Below are positions 8,382 through 18,144 of a stretch of DNA of 32,000 nt, one piece after another. The DNA is taken from contig NC_010085.1 of assembly GCF_000018465.1 (NCBI RefSeq), positions 300,001 to 332,000 on the forward strand, given 5' to 3'. How positions within the stretch are numbered: position 1 is the first letter of the stretch; each line of letters begins with the position of its first letter. Both the position numbers and the translations under genes were made by a program. The notes under the pieces were generated by a model. That model saw only the letters and a list, made by a program, of their open reading frames with translations. It made no database searches and was not told the DNA's origin. This DNA comes from Nitrosopumilus maritimus SCM1 (lineage in GTDB: Archaea; Thermoproteota; Nitrososphaeria; Nitrososphaerales; Nitrosopumilaceae).

Positions 8382-9071
8382 TGATATGGTTAGTGTTCTA
8401 TCTGTTGTTGATTTTGTTTCATCAAACTCAACTTCTTCTCCGTCAATTAAGACAAAGAAATCATCATCTGCACCATCTGGGAAAGTTGCATCCAACACCG
8501 ATCTAGGAATTGTCAGTGTGATTGATCCATCTTCCGTACCATCAATTGAAACGATTAGTGAATTTGCATCCACATCAGGCATAATTCCAAGTAATTTACC
8601 ACCTGTGATTTCATATCCTACCAAATCAGATGAACCCTGTACTGCAGCGGTTGTATCTGTGACATCTGGATTGACTACATTTTCAACTGGTGGTGCTGTT
8701 GAACCTCCAAATTCAAATGTGGTCTCTGCGGATCTATTCTCACTTCCATATGTTACAATTACTGTGTAAGTTCCTTCCACTTTCATTGTTCCTCCAGCAG
8801 TAATTTCAGCACTGAATTTCTTATCTGCACCTACTGTTATTTGATCAATGGCTACAATGCTGCCATTAGGAGATGTAACAATTAGGCTAACAGGAGTTCC
8901 TGCATATAGATCTCTGACTTCACCTGTTACCATGATAGTTTCACCCTCTGAATAGGATGTCTTATCTGTAGTAACAATAATCGTACTTTGTATTTGTCCA
9001 AATGCTGGTGCCATACCAATACTTGCAACTAGAATTGCTGATAAGGCAAACACCATCAATTGTGATTTCAT
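8232..9071 (-). CDS. Secreted PEFG-CTERM domain surface protein
   Basis: 279 aa. Signal peptide, VTTDKTSYSEGETIMVTGEV domain, C-terminal PEFG motif with TM helix and basic end. Confidence 0.87.
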   Translation of the reverse strand: MKSQLMVFALSAILVASIGMAPAFGQIQSTIIVTTDKTSYSEGETIMVTGEVRDLYAGTPVSLIVTSPNGSIVAIDQITVGADKKFSAEITAGGTMKVEGTYTVIVTYGSENRSAETTFEFGGSTAPPVENVVNPDVTDTTAAVQGSSDLVGYEITGGKLLGIMPDVDANSLIVSIDGTEDGSITLTIPRSVLDATFPDGADDDFFVLIDGEEVEFDETKSTTDRTLTISFPAGTEQIEIIGTFVVPEFGTIAAMILAVAIISIIAVSAKSRLSIMPRY

Positions 9072-9167
9072 TGATTTTACGCTTGAATTTATCCTATTTA
9101 AGGTTGTGAAAAGATTAATTGACTAAATAGAAAAATAACTACTTTCTTGACGAATTTCAGATTAGAT

Positions 9168-9178
9168 ATATATTAACC
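9168..9178 (+). promoter_or_regulatory. Probable TATA box for the rpoH-rpoB-rpoA operon
   Basis: gatatatattaa, about 75-80 nt upstream of the rpoH start. Confidence 0.4.
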
Positions 9179-9251
9179 TGAGCGTGAGATTTTGACAGTT
9201 TGTGTGTATTCATTACTGTTACATTTAATGTTCGACGTGGGGGTTTTGTAA

Positions 9252-9503
9252 TTGGCAACTAAGAAAAATCAAATTCTTGTACCTGATCATATCTATGTTC
9301 CAAAACATGAAATCATTTCAAAAACAGAAGCTGAAGAAGTTTTAAAAAAATACAATTGTAAACCAACCGAATTACCATTAATCTTTGTAAACGATCCTGC
9401 AATTTTGGGACTTGGTGTAAAACCAGGTGATATGATAAAGATCACAAGAAAAAGTCCAACTGCCGGTGAAGGTCTCTATTATAGATACGTGGTGGAAGTA
9501 TAG
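9252..9503 (+). CDS. rpoH: DNA-directed RNA polymerase subunit H (Rpb5-like C-terminal domain)
   Basis: 83 aa, TTG start. ILVPDHIYVPKHEIISKTEAEEVLKKY and KPGDMIKITRKSPTAGEGLYYRYVVE; directly upstream of rpoB. Confidence 0.93.
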   Translation: MATKKNQILVPDHIYVPKHEIISKTEAEEVLKKYNCKPTELPLIFVNDPAILGLGVKPGDMIKITRKSPTAGEGLYYRYVVEV

Positions 9504-12500
9504 ATGGCAGATTCATCCACAAAACGTTGGCCAGTAATTCAAGATATTTTGAAAAGAGAGGGTATTGCACGTCAGCACCTAAACTCATTTGATGAATTTT
9601 TAGAAAGAGGATTACAAAGTATTATCAACGAGGTTGGTCAGATCGATATTGAAAATGCTGAGTACCCTTACAAAATTCAACTAGGTAAAGTCAAATTACA
9701 ACAACCAAGAATGATGGAACTTGATGGTTCTATTACTCATATCACTCCTGCAGAAGCTAGATTGAGAAACGTATCTTATTCTGCACCTGTAATGATGGAA
9801 GCAAGTGTTGTTGAAGATGGAAAAATCCTTGAATCAAGATTTGTCCACATTGGTGATGTTCCCGTTATGGCAAAATCAAACGCTTGTATCTTACACAATT
9901 TTTCTACTCAAAAACTAGTTGAACATGGTGAGGATCCAAACGATCCTGGTGGTTACTTTATCATTAATGGTTCTGAGAGAGTAATTGTTGGATTAGAAGA
10001 TCTTTCTTACAACAAAATCATTGTTGATAGAGAAACAGTAGGTGGAAACATTGTACACAAAGCCAAAGTTTATTCTTCAATTGTTGGCTATCGTGCAAAA
10101 TTAGAACTTGTCATGAAAAATGATGGACTAATTGTTGCCAGAATTCCTGGTTCTCCAGTTGATATTCCAGTAGTTACTTTGATGAGAGCTCTAGGTTTAG
10201 AATCTGATAGAGAGATTGCAGCAGCAGTTTCATTGGTAGATGAACTCCAAGATGAACTAGAAGCATCTTTTGAAAAAGCAGGAGATGTTCCAACTGCAAA
10301 AGATGCCATTGTTTACATCAGTAAGAGAATTGCCCCTGGAATGCTTGAAGAATTTCAGATTAAACGTGCTGAGACTTTACTTGATTGGGGTTTGTTGCCT
10401 CACTTGGGCAAACACCCTGAAAATAGAAAAGAAAAAGCGCAATTCTTGGGAGAAGCAGCTTGTAAATTATTAGAACTAAAACTTGACTGGATTAGACCTG
10501 ATGACAAAGACCACTATGGAAACAAAGTCATTAAATTTGCAGGACAGATGCTTGCAGACTTGTTTAGAACTGCATTTAGAAATCTTGTCCGTGATATGAA
10601 ATATCAATTAGAACGTTCTGGACAAAAACGTGGAATTAATGCAGTAGCTGCTGCAATTCGTCCAGGAATTATTACTGATAAACTAAACAACGCAATTGCC
10701 ACTGGAAACTGGGGTCGAGGCAGAGTAGGTGTTACTCAATTACTTGATAGAACAAACTATCTTTCTACAATTAGTCACCTTAGAAGAATTCAGTCTCCAC
10801 TAAGTAGAACTCAGCCAAACTTTGAAGCAAGAGACCTGCATGCAACACACTTTGGAAGAATTTGTCCAAGTGAAACTCCTGAAGGCTCTAACTGTGGTCT
10901 TGTAAAGAATCTTGCATTATCTGGAATAATTTCTGTAAACGTACCATCTGAAGAAATTGTAGAGAAACTCTATGATCTTGGAACTGTCCACTTCTTTGAT
11001 GCAAAAGAAGATTTGAAGAAAGACGGAACTAGAATCTTTGTTGATGGTAGACTAATTGGATATTACAAAGATGGTGAACAACTAGCAGAATCTCTTAGAG
11101 ACTTAAGAAGAAACTCAAAGATTCATCCACATGTTGGTGTATCCTTCCACAAATCTGAAATTGAAGGTTCAACCCGAAGACTTTACGTAAACTGTAATGC
11201 AGGACGTGTTTTAAGACCACTAATCATCATTAAAGATAACAAACCATTACTTACTGCTGATTTACTAGACAAAATTTCAAAGAAACTCATCTCGTGGACT
11301 GATCTCTTGAGAATGGGTGTTTTGGAAATGATTGATGCAAATGAAGAAGAGAACTGTTATGTCACACTAGATGAAAAGGATACAAAGAAACACACTCACC
11401 TTGAAGTCTTCCCACCAGCAATCCTTGGTGCAGGTGCTTCAATCATTCCATATCCTGAACACAACCAATCTCCAAGAAACACATACGAGTCTGCAATGGC
11501 AAAACAGAGTTTAGGATTCTCAACCCCTATGATGAATACAAGTACATATGTTAGACAACACTTTATGCTATATCCTCAGGTTCCAATAGTTAACACAAAA
11601 GCAATGAAACTTTTGGGATTAGAAGATAGACCTGCAGGTCAGAACTGTGTGGTAGCAGTGTTACCATTTGATGGTTACAACATTGAGGATGCCATCGTTC
11701 TTAGTAAAGCATCAGTTGATAGAGGATTAGGAAGAACATTCTTCTTTAGAATCTATGATGCTGAAGCAAAACAATATCCTGGTGGAATGCGTGACGCATT
11801 TGAAATTCCAAATGCTGAAGATAACATCAGAGGTTACAAGGGAGAACGTGCATACAGACTCTTAGAAGAAGATGGTGTTGTTGCAACAGAAGCTCCAGTA
11901 AAAGGTGGAGATATTTTAATTGGAAAAACTAGTCCTCCAAGATTTATGGAAGAATACCGAGAGTTTGAATCATCTGGTCCTTACAGAAGAGATACATCAA
12001 TTGGTGTTAGACCTTCAGAAACTGGTGTTGTTGATACTGTAGTTATGACCCAATCAAATGAAGGTGGAAAGATGTACAAGATTAGAGCAAGAGATATGAG
12101 AATTCCCGAAATTGGTGACAAGTTTGCATCAAGACATGGACAAAAAGGTGTCTTAGGAATTTTAGCTAAAGCAGAAGATTTGCCATATACTGCAAGTGGA
12201 ATGTCTCCTGATGTTTTGATTAATCCTCATGCATTCCCATCTAGAATGACTGTTGGTATGATGATGGAATCCATATGTGGAAAATCTGCCGCATTACGTG
12301 GAAAGAGATTTGATGGTTCTGCATTTGTTGGAGAAAAAATGGATGAAGTAAGAGAAGTAATGGATGCACATGGCTTTGAATATTCTGGTAAAGAAATAAT
12401 GTATGATGGAAGAACTGGAAAATCATTCCCAGTCGAAGTTTTCATCGGAGTTGTATATTATCAAAAATTACACCACATGGTTGCAGACAAGATTCATGCA

Positions 12501-12851
12501 AGAGCACGTGGACAAGTTCAAATGTTAACAAAACAACCAACAGAAGGAAGAGCAAGAGGTGGTGGCCTTAGATTCGGTGAAATGGAGAGAGATTGTCTTA
12601 TTGCTTATGGCGCTTCTATGATTCTTAAAGACAGATTACTTGACGAGTCTGATAAATCTGATATTTTTGTATGTGAGAGGTGTGGTCTTGTTGCTTATCA
12701 TGATGTTAAACAAAGAAAATATGTTTGCAGAGTTTGTGGTGATAAAGCCAAAGTCTCATCAGTTTCAGTTGCTTATGCATTCAAACTACTCTTACAAGAG
12801 ATGCAGAGCCTCAACGTCGCACCAAGATTGTTAATCAAGGAGAAACTATAA
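9504..12851 (+). CDS. rpoB: DNA-directed RNA polymerase subunit B, unsplit
   Basis: 1115 aa. GGYFIINGSERVIVGLEDLS, ETPEGSNCGLVKNLAL, GYNIEDAIVLSK, GDKFASRHGQKG, MTVGMMMESICGK, YQKLHHMVADKIHARARG, C-terminal zinc ribbon CERCG...CRVCG. Confidence 0.98.
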   Translation: MADSSTKRWPVIQDILKREGIARQHLNSFDEFLERGLQSIINEVGQIDIENAEYPYKIQLGKVKLQQPRMMELDGSITHITPAEARLRNVSYSAPVMMEASVVEDGKILESRFVHIGDVPVMAKSNACILHNFSTQKLVEHGEDPNDPGGYFIINGSERVIVGLEDLSYNKIIVDRETVGGNIVHKAKVYSSIVGYRAKLELVMKNDGLIVARIPGSPVDIPVVTLMRALGLESDREIAAAVSLVDELQDELEASFEKAGDVPTAKDAIVYISKRIAPGMLEEFQIKRAETLLDWGLLPHLGKHPENRKEKAQFLGEAACKLLELKLDWIRPDDKDHYGNKVIKFAGQMLADLFRTAFRNLVRDMKYQLERSGQKRGINAVAAAIRPGIITDKLNNAIATGNWGRGRVGVTQLLDRTNYLSTISHLRRIQSPLSRTQPNFEARDLHATHFGRICPSETPEGSNCGLVKNLALSGIISVNVPSEEIVEKLYDLGTVHFFDAKEDLKKDGTRIFVDGRLIGYYKDGEQLAESLRDLRRNSKIHPHVGVSFHKSEIEGSTRRLYVNCNAGRVLRPLIIIKDNKPLLTADLLDKISKKLISWTDLLRMGVLEMIDANEEENCYVTLDEKDTKKHTHLEVFPPAILGAGASIIPYPEHNQSPRNTYESAMAKQSLGFSTPMMNTSTYVRQHFMLYPQVPIVNTKAMKLLGLEDRPAGQNCVVAVLPFDGYNIEDAIVLSKASVDRGLGRTFFFRIYDAEAKQYPGGMRDAFEIPNAEDNIRGYKGERAYRLLEEDGVVATEAPVKGGDILIGKTSPPRFMEEYREFESSGPYRRDTSIGVRPSETGVVDTVVMTQSNEGGKMYKIRARDMRIPEIGDKFASRHGQKGVLGILAKAEDLPYTASGMSPDVLINPHAFPSRMTVGMMMESICGKSAALRGKRFDGSAFVGEKMDEVREVMDAHGFEYSGKEIMYDGRTGKSFPVEVFIGVVYYQKLHHMVADKIHARARGQVQMLTKQPTEGRARGGGLRFGEMERDCLIAYGASMILKDRLLDESDKSDIFVCERCGLVAYHDVKQRKYVCRVCGDKAKVSSVSVAYAFKLLLQEMQSLNVAPRLLIKEKL

Positions 12852-15800
12852 TGTCGATTCAAGCAGTAAAAGCAATTGATGGAATCAGATTCTCTGTTTG
12901 GTCTCCAACTGAAATCAGAAAATACTCTGTTGCAGAAATCACTGCTCCAGAAACTTATGATGAAGATGGAATGCCTGTTCAAGGAGGTTTGATGGATGGC
13001 AGACTTGGAACACTTGAACCTGGACAAAAATGTCTCACTTGTGGAAACACTGCAGCAAGATGTCCTGGACACTTTGGACATTTGGAATTAGCAGAACCAG
13101 TATTACATATTGCATTTATTGATAACATCTACAAATTACTACAATCAACTTGCCGTTCTTGTGCAAGATTAAAAGTTCCACAAGAAGATCTTAATGTTTT
13201 CAAAACTATTAAAGAGAAACACGCAGCTTATACTGTAATTTCTCAAAAACGTATTCCAGAACAAATTATTGAAAAAGCAAAGAAAGCAAAAGAATGTCCT
13301 CACTGTGGTAAAACACAATACGAACTAATCTTTACAAAACCAACTATCTTTGTAGAAAAAACAGAAATTGGAGAGCACAGATTACTCCCAATAACAATCA
13401 GAGAAAGATTCTCACAAATCATTGATGAAGATTTAGAATTATTATCATATGATCCAGTAACTGCAAGACCTGAATGGTTTGTCTTACAAGCATTCCCTGT
13501 TCCCCCAGTAACTGTTAGACCCTCAATCATTCTAGAAACTGGAATTAGATCTGAAGATGATTTGACTCACAAGATGGTAGATATCATCAGAGTTAATCAG
13601 AGATTAAAAGAAAGTAAAGATGCTGGTACCCCTCCACTAATCGTTCAAGACTTGGTCGACCTATTACAATATCACACTACAACATACTTTGATAACGAAG
13701 TATCTGGAATTCCACAAGCTCATCATCGTTCTGGACGTCCTCTCAAAACCTTAACTCAAAGACTCAAAGGAAAAGAAGGAAGATTCAGAGGTTCACTATC
13801 TGGAAAGAGAGTTGACTTTTCTAGTAGAACTGTAATCTCTCCTGATCCTAACTTGGACTTGAGTGAGGTTGGTGTCCCAGAAGCAGTAGCCATGAAACTA
13901 ACCATTCCTGAAATCGTTACAGAATGGAATATTGAAAGAATGAGAAAACTTGTAATTAATGGACCTGAGAAATTCCCAGGCGTAAACTATATCGTCAGAC
14001 CCGATGGTGTAAAGATTAGACTTGATTTCGTAGAGGATCGCTCTACAATTGCTGAAACACTTGAGATTGGTTACTTGGTAGAAAGACATCTTGCAGATGG
14101 TGACATTGTCATGTTCAACAGACAACCATCACTTCACCAAATGTCTATCATGGCGCACTATGTCCGTGTACTCCCAGGAAAAACATTCAGATTACATCCA
14201 TCCGTTTGTCCTCCTTACAACGCAGACTTTGATGGTGATGAAATGAACCTCCACGTTCCTCAAAGTGAGGAAGCAAGAGCAGAAGCAATTCTCTTAATGA
14301 GAGTTCAAGACCAATTAATCTCACCAAGATATGGTGGTCCAATTATTGGTGCACTAAGAGACTTTGTAACTGGTGCATATCTTCTAACTAAAGACGATAC
14401 AGTATTGACTGTTCAAGAATTCTCAAACCTTGCAATGCTTGGTGGTTATACAGATCCTTTACCAAAACCCGGAACCAAAACCAAAGACGGTCCGGCATAC
14501 ACTGGTAAACAACTTTTCTCGTTGTTCTTACCAAAAGACTTCAACTATGTAATTACATCAAAATGGTCAAAGGGAACAAAAGGACAAGCAAAAGATGTTG
14601 TAATTAAAAATGGTGAACTAATCAGCGGTGTCATTGACAAATCTTCAATTGGTGCAGAAGAACCAGAAAGTGTTCTTCACAGAATTGCAAAAGATTACGG
14701 TAATGCAGTTGGAAAAAGTTTCCTCAACTCTATTCTCATTATGGTAAAACAATTCATCACCCACTATGGCTTCAGTTATGGTTATGGTGACCTTATTGTT
14801 CCTGACAAAGACAAACAACAGATTCTTGATGATATTCAAGGAACTTATGATATTGTAAGTGATTTGACTGATCAATACAAGAAAGGAACACTCAAGCTTA
14901 CTAGAGGTATGAAACCTGAAGAAGCCTTAGAGGCATACATTGTAAATGAATTAGGTAAAGCAAGAGACAAGGCAGGCTCTTCTGCAAATGACTGTCTTCC
15001 AGCAGACAATGCAGGAAAAATCATGGCTACAACAGGTGCAAGAGGTTCATCACTTAACGTAGGTCAGATGGCCGGGGCTCTTGGACAACAATCAAGAAGA
15101 GGAAACAGACTCCATGAGGGTTACAACAACAGAGCATTAACTCACTATCAAGAACATGATGATAATCCTGATGCACATGGATTTGTAAAATCCAATTACA
15201 GAGAGGGTCTATCTGCACTTGAATTCTTCTTCCACGCAATGGGAGGTCGTGAAGGACTTGTAGACACTGCAGTTAGAACACAACAAAGTGGTTACATGCA
15301 GCGTAGATTAATCAACGCATTAGAGCACATTAGATTAGAATATGATGGAACAGTAAGAGATCCACACGGCCACATTGTACAATTCCTTTATGGTGAAGAT
15401 GGAATTGATGTGCAAAAGAGTGATCACGGTGAAGCATTTAACCCAAGCAGATTAATTGAATCTCAAAAAATTATTGATTCTGGCAAAAAGGCAACAAAAG
15501 AAGAGATTGAAACACTAGCTAAGAAATACACAAAGACATTCAATCCAAGATTAACTAAACTTGTAACTGATGCATTACAAAATTCTGAATTAAGCAAAGA
15601 TGGTGTTGAAGCAGTATGTAAGAAAGGACTGTTACTTTACAACAAAGCAAAAGTAGAACCAGGACAAGCAGTTGGAATTATCACTGCACAGTCAATCGGT
15701 GAACCTGGTACTCAGATGACATTAAGAACATTCCACTTTGCAGGAATTAAAGAAAGAAACGTAACATTAGGTCTTCCAAGATTAATTGAACTCGTTGATG

Positions 15801-16642
15801 CAAGAAAGAAACCAGTAACACCAACTATGGATATTTATCTTGATGATGAATCAAAGAAATCAAGAGAAAAAGCAATTGAGGTTGCAAGAAATGTTTTGCA
15901 AACCAAAGTTAGCGCCTTGATTGCAGATAGTGAGACTGATTATGCTACTGAAATCAAACTAATTTTGAGTGAAAATAGGCTCAGAGAAAGAGGATGCTCT
16001 ATTGCAGAAGTTGAAGCTGCCTTGTCCTCTAACAAGAAATTCAAGATGGAAACAACTGGCGAACTAATCACCCTAAAACTAGTTGAGGAATCTGATACTG
16101 CTACAGTAATTGCAATCAGAAACAAGGTTCTCAACACCACTGTCAAAGGTGTACCTGACATTGAACGTGTAACCCTTGTCCAAAAAGATGATGAGTGGGT
16201 TATTCAAACAACTGGTTCTAATGTTGCCAAAGTCTTAGAGGTCAAAGGAATTGATAAGAGAAACGTTAGAACAAACAACGTCTTTGAGATTGCCGGAACT
16301 CTTGGAATTGAAGCTGCAAGAAATGCATTAATCAATGAACTTAACAGTACTCTGGAAGACCAAGGACTTGAAGTTGATAATAGATACATCATGTTAGTAG
16401 CTGACTTGATGTGTTCACGCGGTTACATGCAACAAATTGGAAGACATGGAATTGCTGGAACCAAAGATAGTGTCTTAGCAAGAGCTGCATTTGAGATTAC
16501 TGTTCCAACAATTGCACATGCTGCACTTGGTGGAGAAATTGAACAACTCAAAGGTATTACTGAAAACGTAATTGTTGGTAGTAACATTCCAATTGGAAGT
16601 GGTACAGTTGATTTGTACATGCAAGTAAGCAAGAAGAAATAG
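12851..16642 (+). CDS. rpoA: DNA-directed RNA polymerase subunit A, A' and A'' regions fused in one ORF
   Basis: 1263 aa. CLTCGNTAARCPGHFGHLEL, YNADFDGDEMNLHVPQS active-site motif, GQAVGIITAQSIGEPGTQMTLRTFHFAG, C-terminal TKDSVLARAAFEITVPTIAHAALGGE. Confidence 0.98.
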   Translation: MSIQAVKAIDGIRFSVWSPTEIRKYSVAEITAPETYDEDGMPVQGGLMDGRLGTLEPGQKCLTCGNTAARCPGHFGHLELAEPVLHIAFIDNIYKLLQSTCRSCARLKVPQEDLNVFKTIKEKHAAYTVISQKRIPEQIIEKAKKAKECPHCGKTQYELIFTKPTIFVEKTEIGEHRLLPITIRERFSQIIDEDLELLSYDPVTARPEWFVLQAFPVPPVTVRPSIILETGIRSEDDLTHKMVDIIRVNQRLKESKDAGTPPLIVQDLVDLLQYHTTTYFDNEVSGIPQAHHRSGRPLKTLTQRLKGKEGRFRGSLSGKRVDFSSRTVISPDPNLDLSEVGVPEAVAMKLTIPEIVTEWNIERMRKLVINGPEKFPGVNYIVRPDGVKIRLDFVEDRSTIAETLEIGYLVERHLADGDIVMFNRQPSLHQMSIMAHYVRVLPGKTFRLHPSVCPPYNADFDGDEMNLHVPQSEEARAEAILLMRVQDQLISPRYGGPIIGALRDFVTGAYLLTKDDTVLTVQEFSNLAMLGGYTDPLPKPGTKTKDGPAYTGKQLFSLFLPKDFNYVITSKWSKGTKGQAKDVVIKNGELISGVIDKSSIGAEEPESVLHRIAKDYGNAVGKSFLNSILIMVKQFITHYGFSYGYGDLIVPDKDKQQILDDIQGTYDIVSDLTDQYKKGTLKLTRGMKPEEALEAYIVNELGKARDKAGSSANDCLPADNAGKIMATTGARGSSLNVGQMAGALGQQSRRGNRLHEGYNNRALTHYQEHDDNPDAHGFVKSNYREGLSALEFFFHAMGGREGLVDTAVRTQQSGYMQRRLINALEHIRLEYDGTVRDPHGHIVQFLYGEDGIDVQKSDHGEAFNPSRLIESQKIIDSGKKATKEEIETLAKKYTKTFNPRLTKLVTDALQNSELSKDGVEAVCKKGLLLYNKAKVEPGQAVGIITAQSIGEPGTQMTLRTFHFAGIKERNVTLGLPRLIELVDARKKPVTPTMDIYLDDESKKSREKAIEVARNVLQTKVSALIADSETDYATEIKLILSENRLRERGCSIAEVEAALSSNKKFKMETTGELITLKLVEESDTATVIAIRNKVLNTTVKGVPDIERVTLVQKDDEWVIQTTGSNVAKVLEVKGIDKRNVRTNNVFEIAGTLGIEAARNALINELNSTLEDQGLEVDNRYIMLVADLMCSRGYMQQIGRHGIAGTKDSVLARAAFEITVPTIAHAALGGEIEQLKGITENVIVGSNIPIGSGTVDLYMQVSKKK

Positions 16643-16655
16643 TTGGATGAAAATT

Positions 16656-16889
16656 ATGGCTGATGAAATCTCAACACTAATGACAAACTCCAAAGACAAA
16701 GTTGTATTGCTTCGACTAAGAAATAATAAAACAGTTCAAGGAACTCTCAAAGATTTTGATATTCACATGAATCTTACATTAGAAAACGCTGAGGATGTTT
16801 CTGAAGAAAAACCCAATCCTATAGGCAAAGTCTTGCTTCGTGGCGATAATATTTTAGCAATTTCTCTTCCTGAGGAAGAATCCAACTAA
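16656..16889 (+). CDS. Sm-like (LSm / archaeal snRNP-type) RNA-binding protein
   Basis: KDKVVLLRLRNNKTVQGTLKDFDIHMNLTLENAEDV ... GKVLLRGDNILAISL matches Sm1 and Sm2 motifs. Start set at MADEI; ORF track begins at 16647. Confidence 0.88.
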   Translation: MADEISTLMTNSKDKVVLLRLRNNKTVQGTLKDFDIHMNLTLENAEDVSEEKPNPIGKVLLRGDNILAISLPEEESN

Positions 16890-16925
16890 CAAACCATAAA
16901 TCTGAAACCTTCTATATGAAAAGTA

Positions 16926-18104
16926 TTGTTTGATTTTTTATTTTTAATTTTTATTTTGCCATTTGCAACAGCTCAGGAAATTCCTGATTATGACAAACCG
17001 TATGCTCCAATATTCTTTGATAAACCAATTTACTCTTGGACTGATAAAATACAAATCAAAATAATTGCTCCTAGTTGGAACACAGACAAAGACTTGATTG
17101 ATTCAATTGGCGATAACAATGATAATCCCATAAAAATATCAACACGAAGTCACTCGCTAGAACCATACAGACTAACTGAAACAGATGTGTCAAGTGGAAT
17201 ATTTACTGGCGAAATTATCCTAACTGGTTTCTTACATGATGCAGATGGTGATGGTGACTATGACACAACTCCTAGGACTATTGGTACCGGTCCTACTAGC
17301 GGGTTTTTGGAGGTTGAAAGAGATTCAGCAATTACGGTATCTTTTGAGTTTGCTGATGGTGTAGTGCTATCTGAATCTGTACCTGTGTCTTGGAATCTTG
17401 GAACAATAGAATTTGAAAATGATGTTTTCTTTAATGATGAATCTGTTACAGTTAGAATAATTGATCTTGACATGAATCTAAACCCTGAAGCGATTGATCA
17501 TGTTCCTGTAGAAGTTTTTTCAGATTCTGATGTTGGTGGAATTACTGCAAATGCAATAGAAACCTCTGAAAGCTCTGGTTATTTTGTAGCTACAATATCA
17601 CTTACTCAAAACTCTGCATCAAGCGGAAACAGACTCTACGCTGTTCCTGGAGATGAAATTTCTGCTAGATACAGTGATCATACTTTACCAAAGCCCTATT
17701 CTGAATCTGATAATTTGGAAATTCAGGCTCAATCAAGAGTTGAATCATCTGTTCCTTCAACAATGAGATTGGAAAATTCTGAAATTAATATTTCTGATAG
17801 TTTTGGAAATTATCTCACTTCATTTTCTTCTAATCAGCAAATTCAGATTGTCGGAAGTTTATCAAACATGCAAGAATTTGATCAAAAATTCGTTTATCTC
17901 TTTCAAATAAAAAACTCTCAAAACTATATTGAATCCCTCTCTTGGATTCAAGGTCAATTATCATATGGACAAAATCTTGATGTATCTCAATCTTGGATCC
18001 CAAAAAATTCTGGAGACTACTTTGTTGAAACATTTGTTTGGACTTCACTAAAAGATCCAACTGCATTGTCTGATCCACTTACAAGATTAATTTCAGTTGA
18101 ATGA
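16926..18104 (+). CDS. Secreted/surface protein of unknown function, TTG start
   Basis: Hydrophobic N-terminus MFDFLFLIFILPFATAQEIPDYDKPYAPIFFDKPIYSWTDKIQI, beta-rich repeated domains, no PEFG C-terminus. Confidence 0.7.
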   Translation: MFDFLFLIFILPFATAQEIPDYDKPYAPIFFDKPIYSWTDKIQIKIIAPSWNTDKDLIDSIGDNNDNPIKISTRSHSLEPYRLTETDVSSGIFTGEIILTGFLHDADGDGDYDTTPRTIGTGPTSGFLEVERDSAITVSFEFADGVVLSESVPVSWNLGTIEFENDVFFNDESVTVRIIDLDMNLNPEAIDHVPVEVFSDSDVGGITANAIETSESSGYFVATISLTQNSASSGNRLYAVPGDEISARYSDHTLPKPYSESDNLEIQAQSRVESSVPSTMRLENSEINISDSFGNYLTSFSSNQQIQIVGSLSNMQEFDQKFVYLFQIKNSQNYIESLSWIQGQLSYGQNLDVSQSWIPKNSGDYFVETFVWTSLKDPTALSDPLTRLISVE

Positions 18105-18144
18105 AAAAGTATCAATTATACGTGATTATTAAATAGAAAATTAT

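Noticed and set aside
8248-8769. Plus-strand ORFs opposite the PEFG genes (MLSLDFADTAIIEIIATARIMAAIVPNSGTT...) at 6380 and 8248
   Set aside because: They recur only because the underlying duplicated module is identical; they are antisense shadows.
6364-9071. Insertion sequence or transposon as the cause of the repeated 3' modules
   Set aside because: No transposase, terminal inverted repeats or target duplications. The repeats are coding 3' ends in register, so gene conversion or tandem duplication fits better.
12227-12445. Short antisense ORFs inside rpoB/rpoA, such as 12227-12445, 13300-13530, 13898-14125, 14645-14875 and 15940-16161
   Set aside because: All lie within strongly identified RNA polymerase genes with no independent support.
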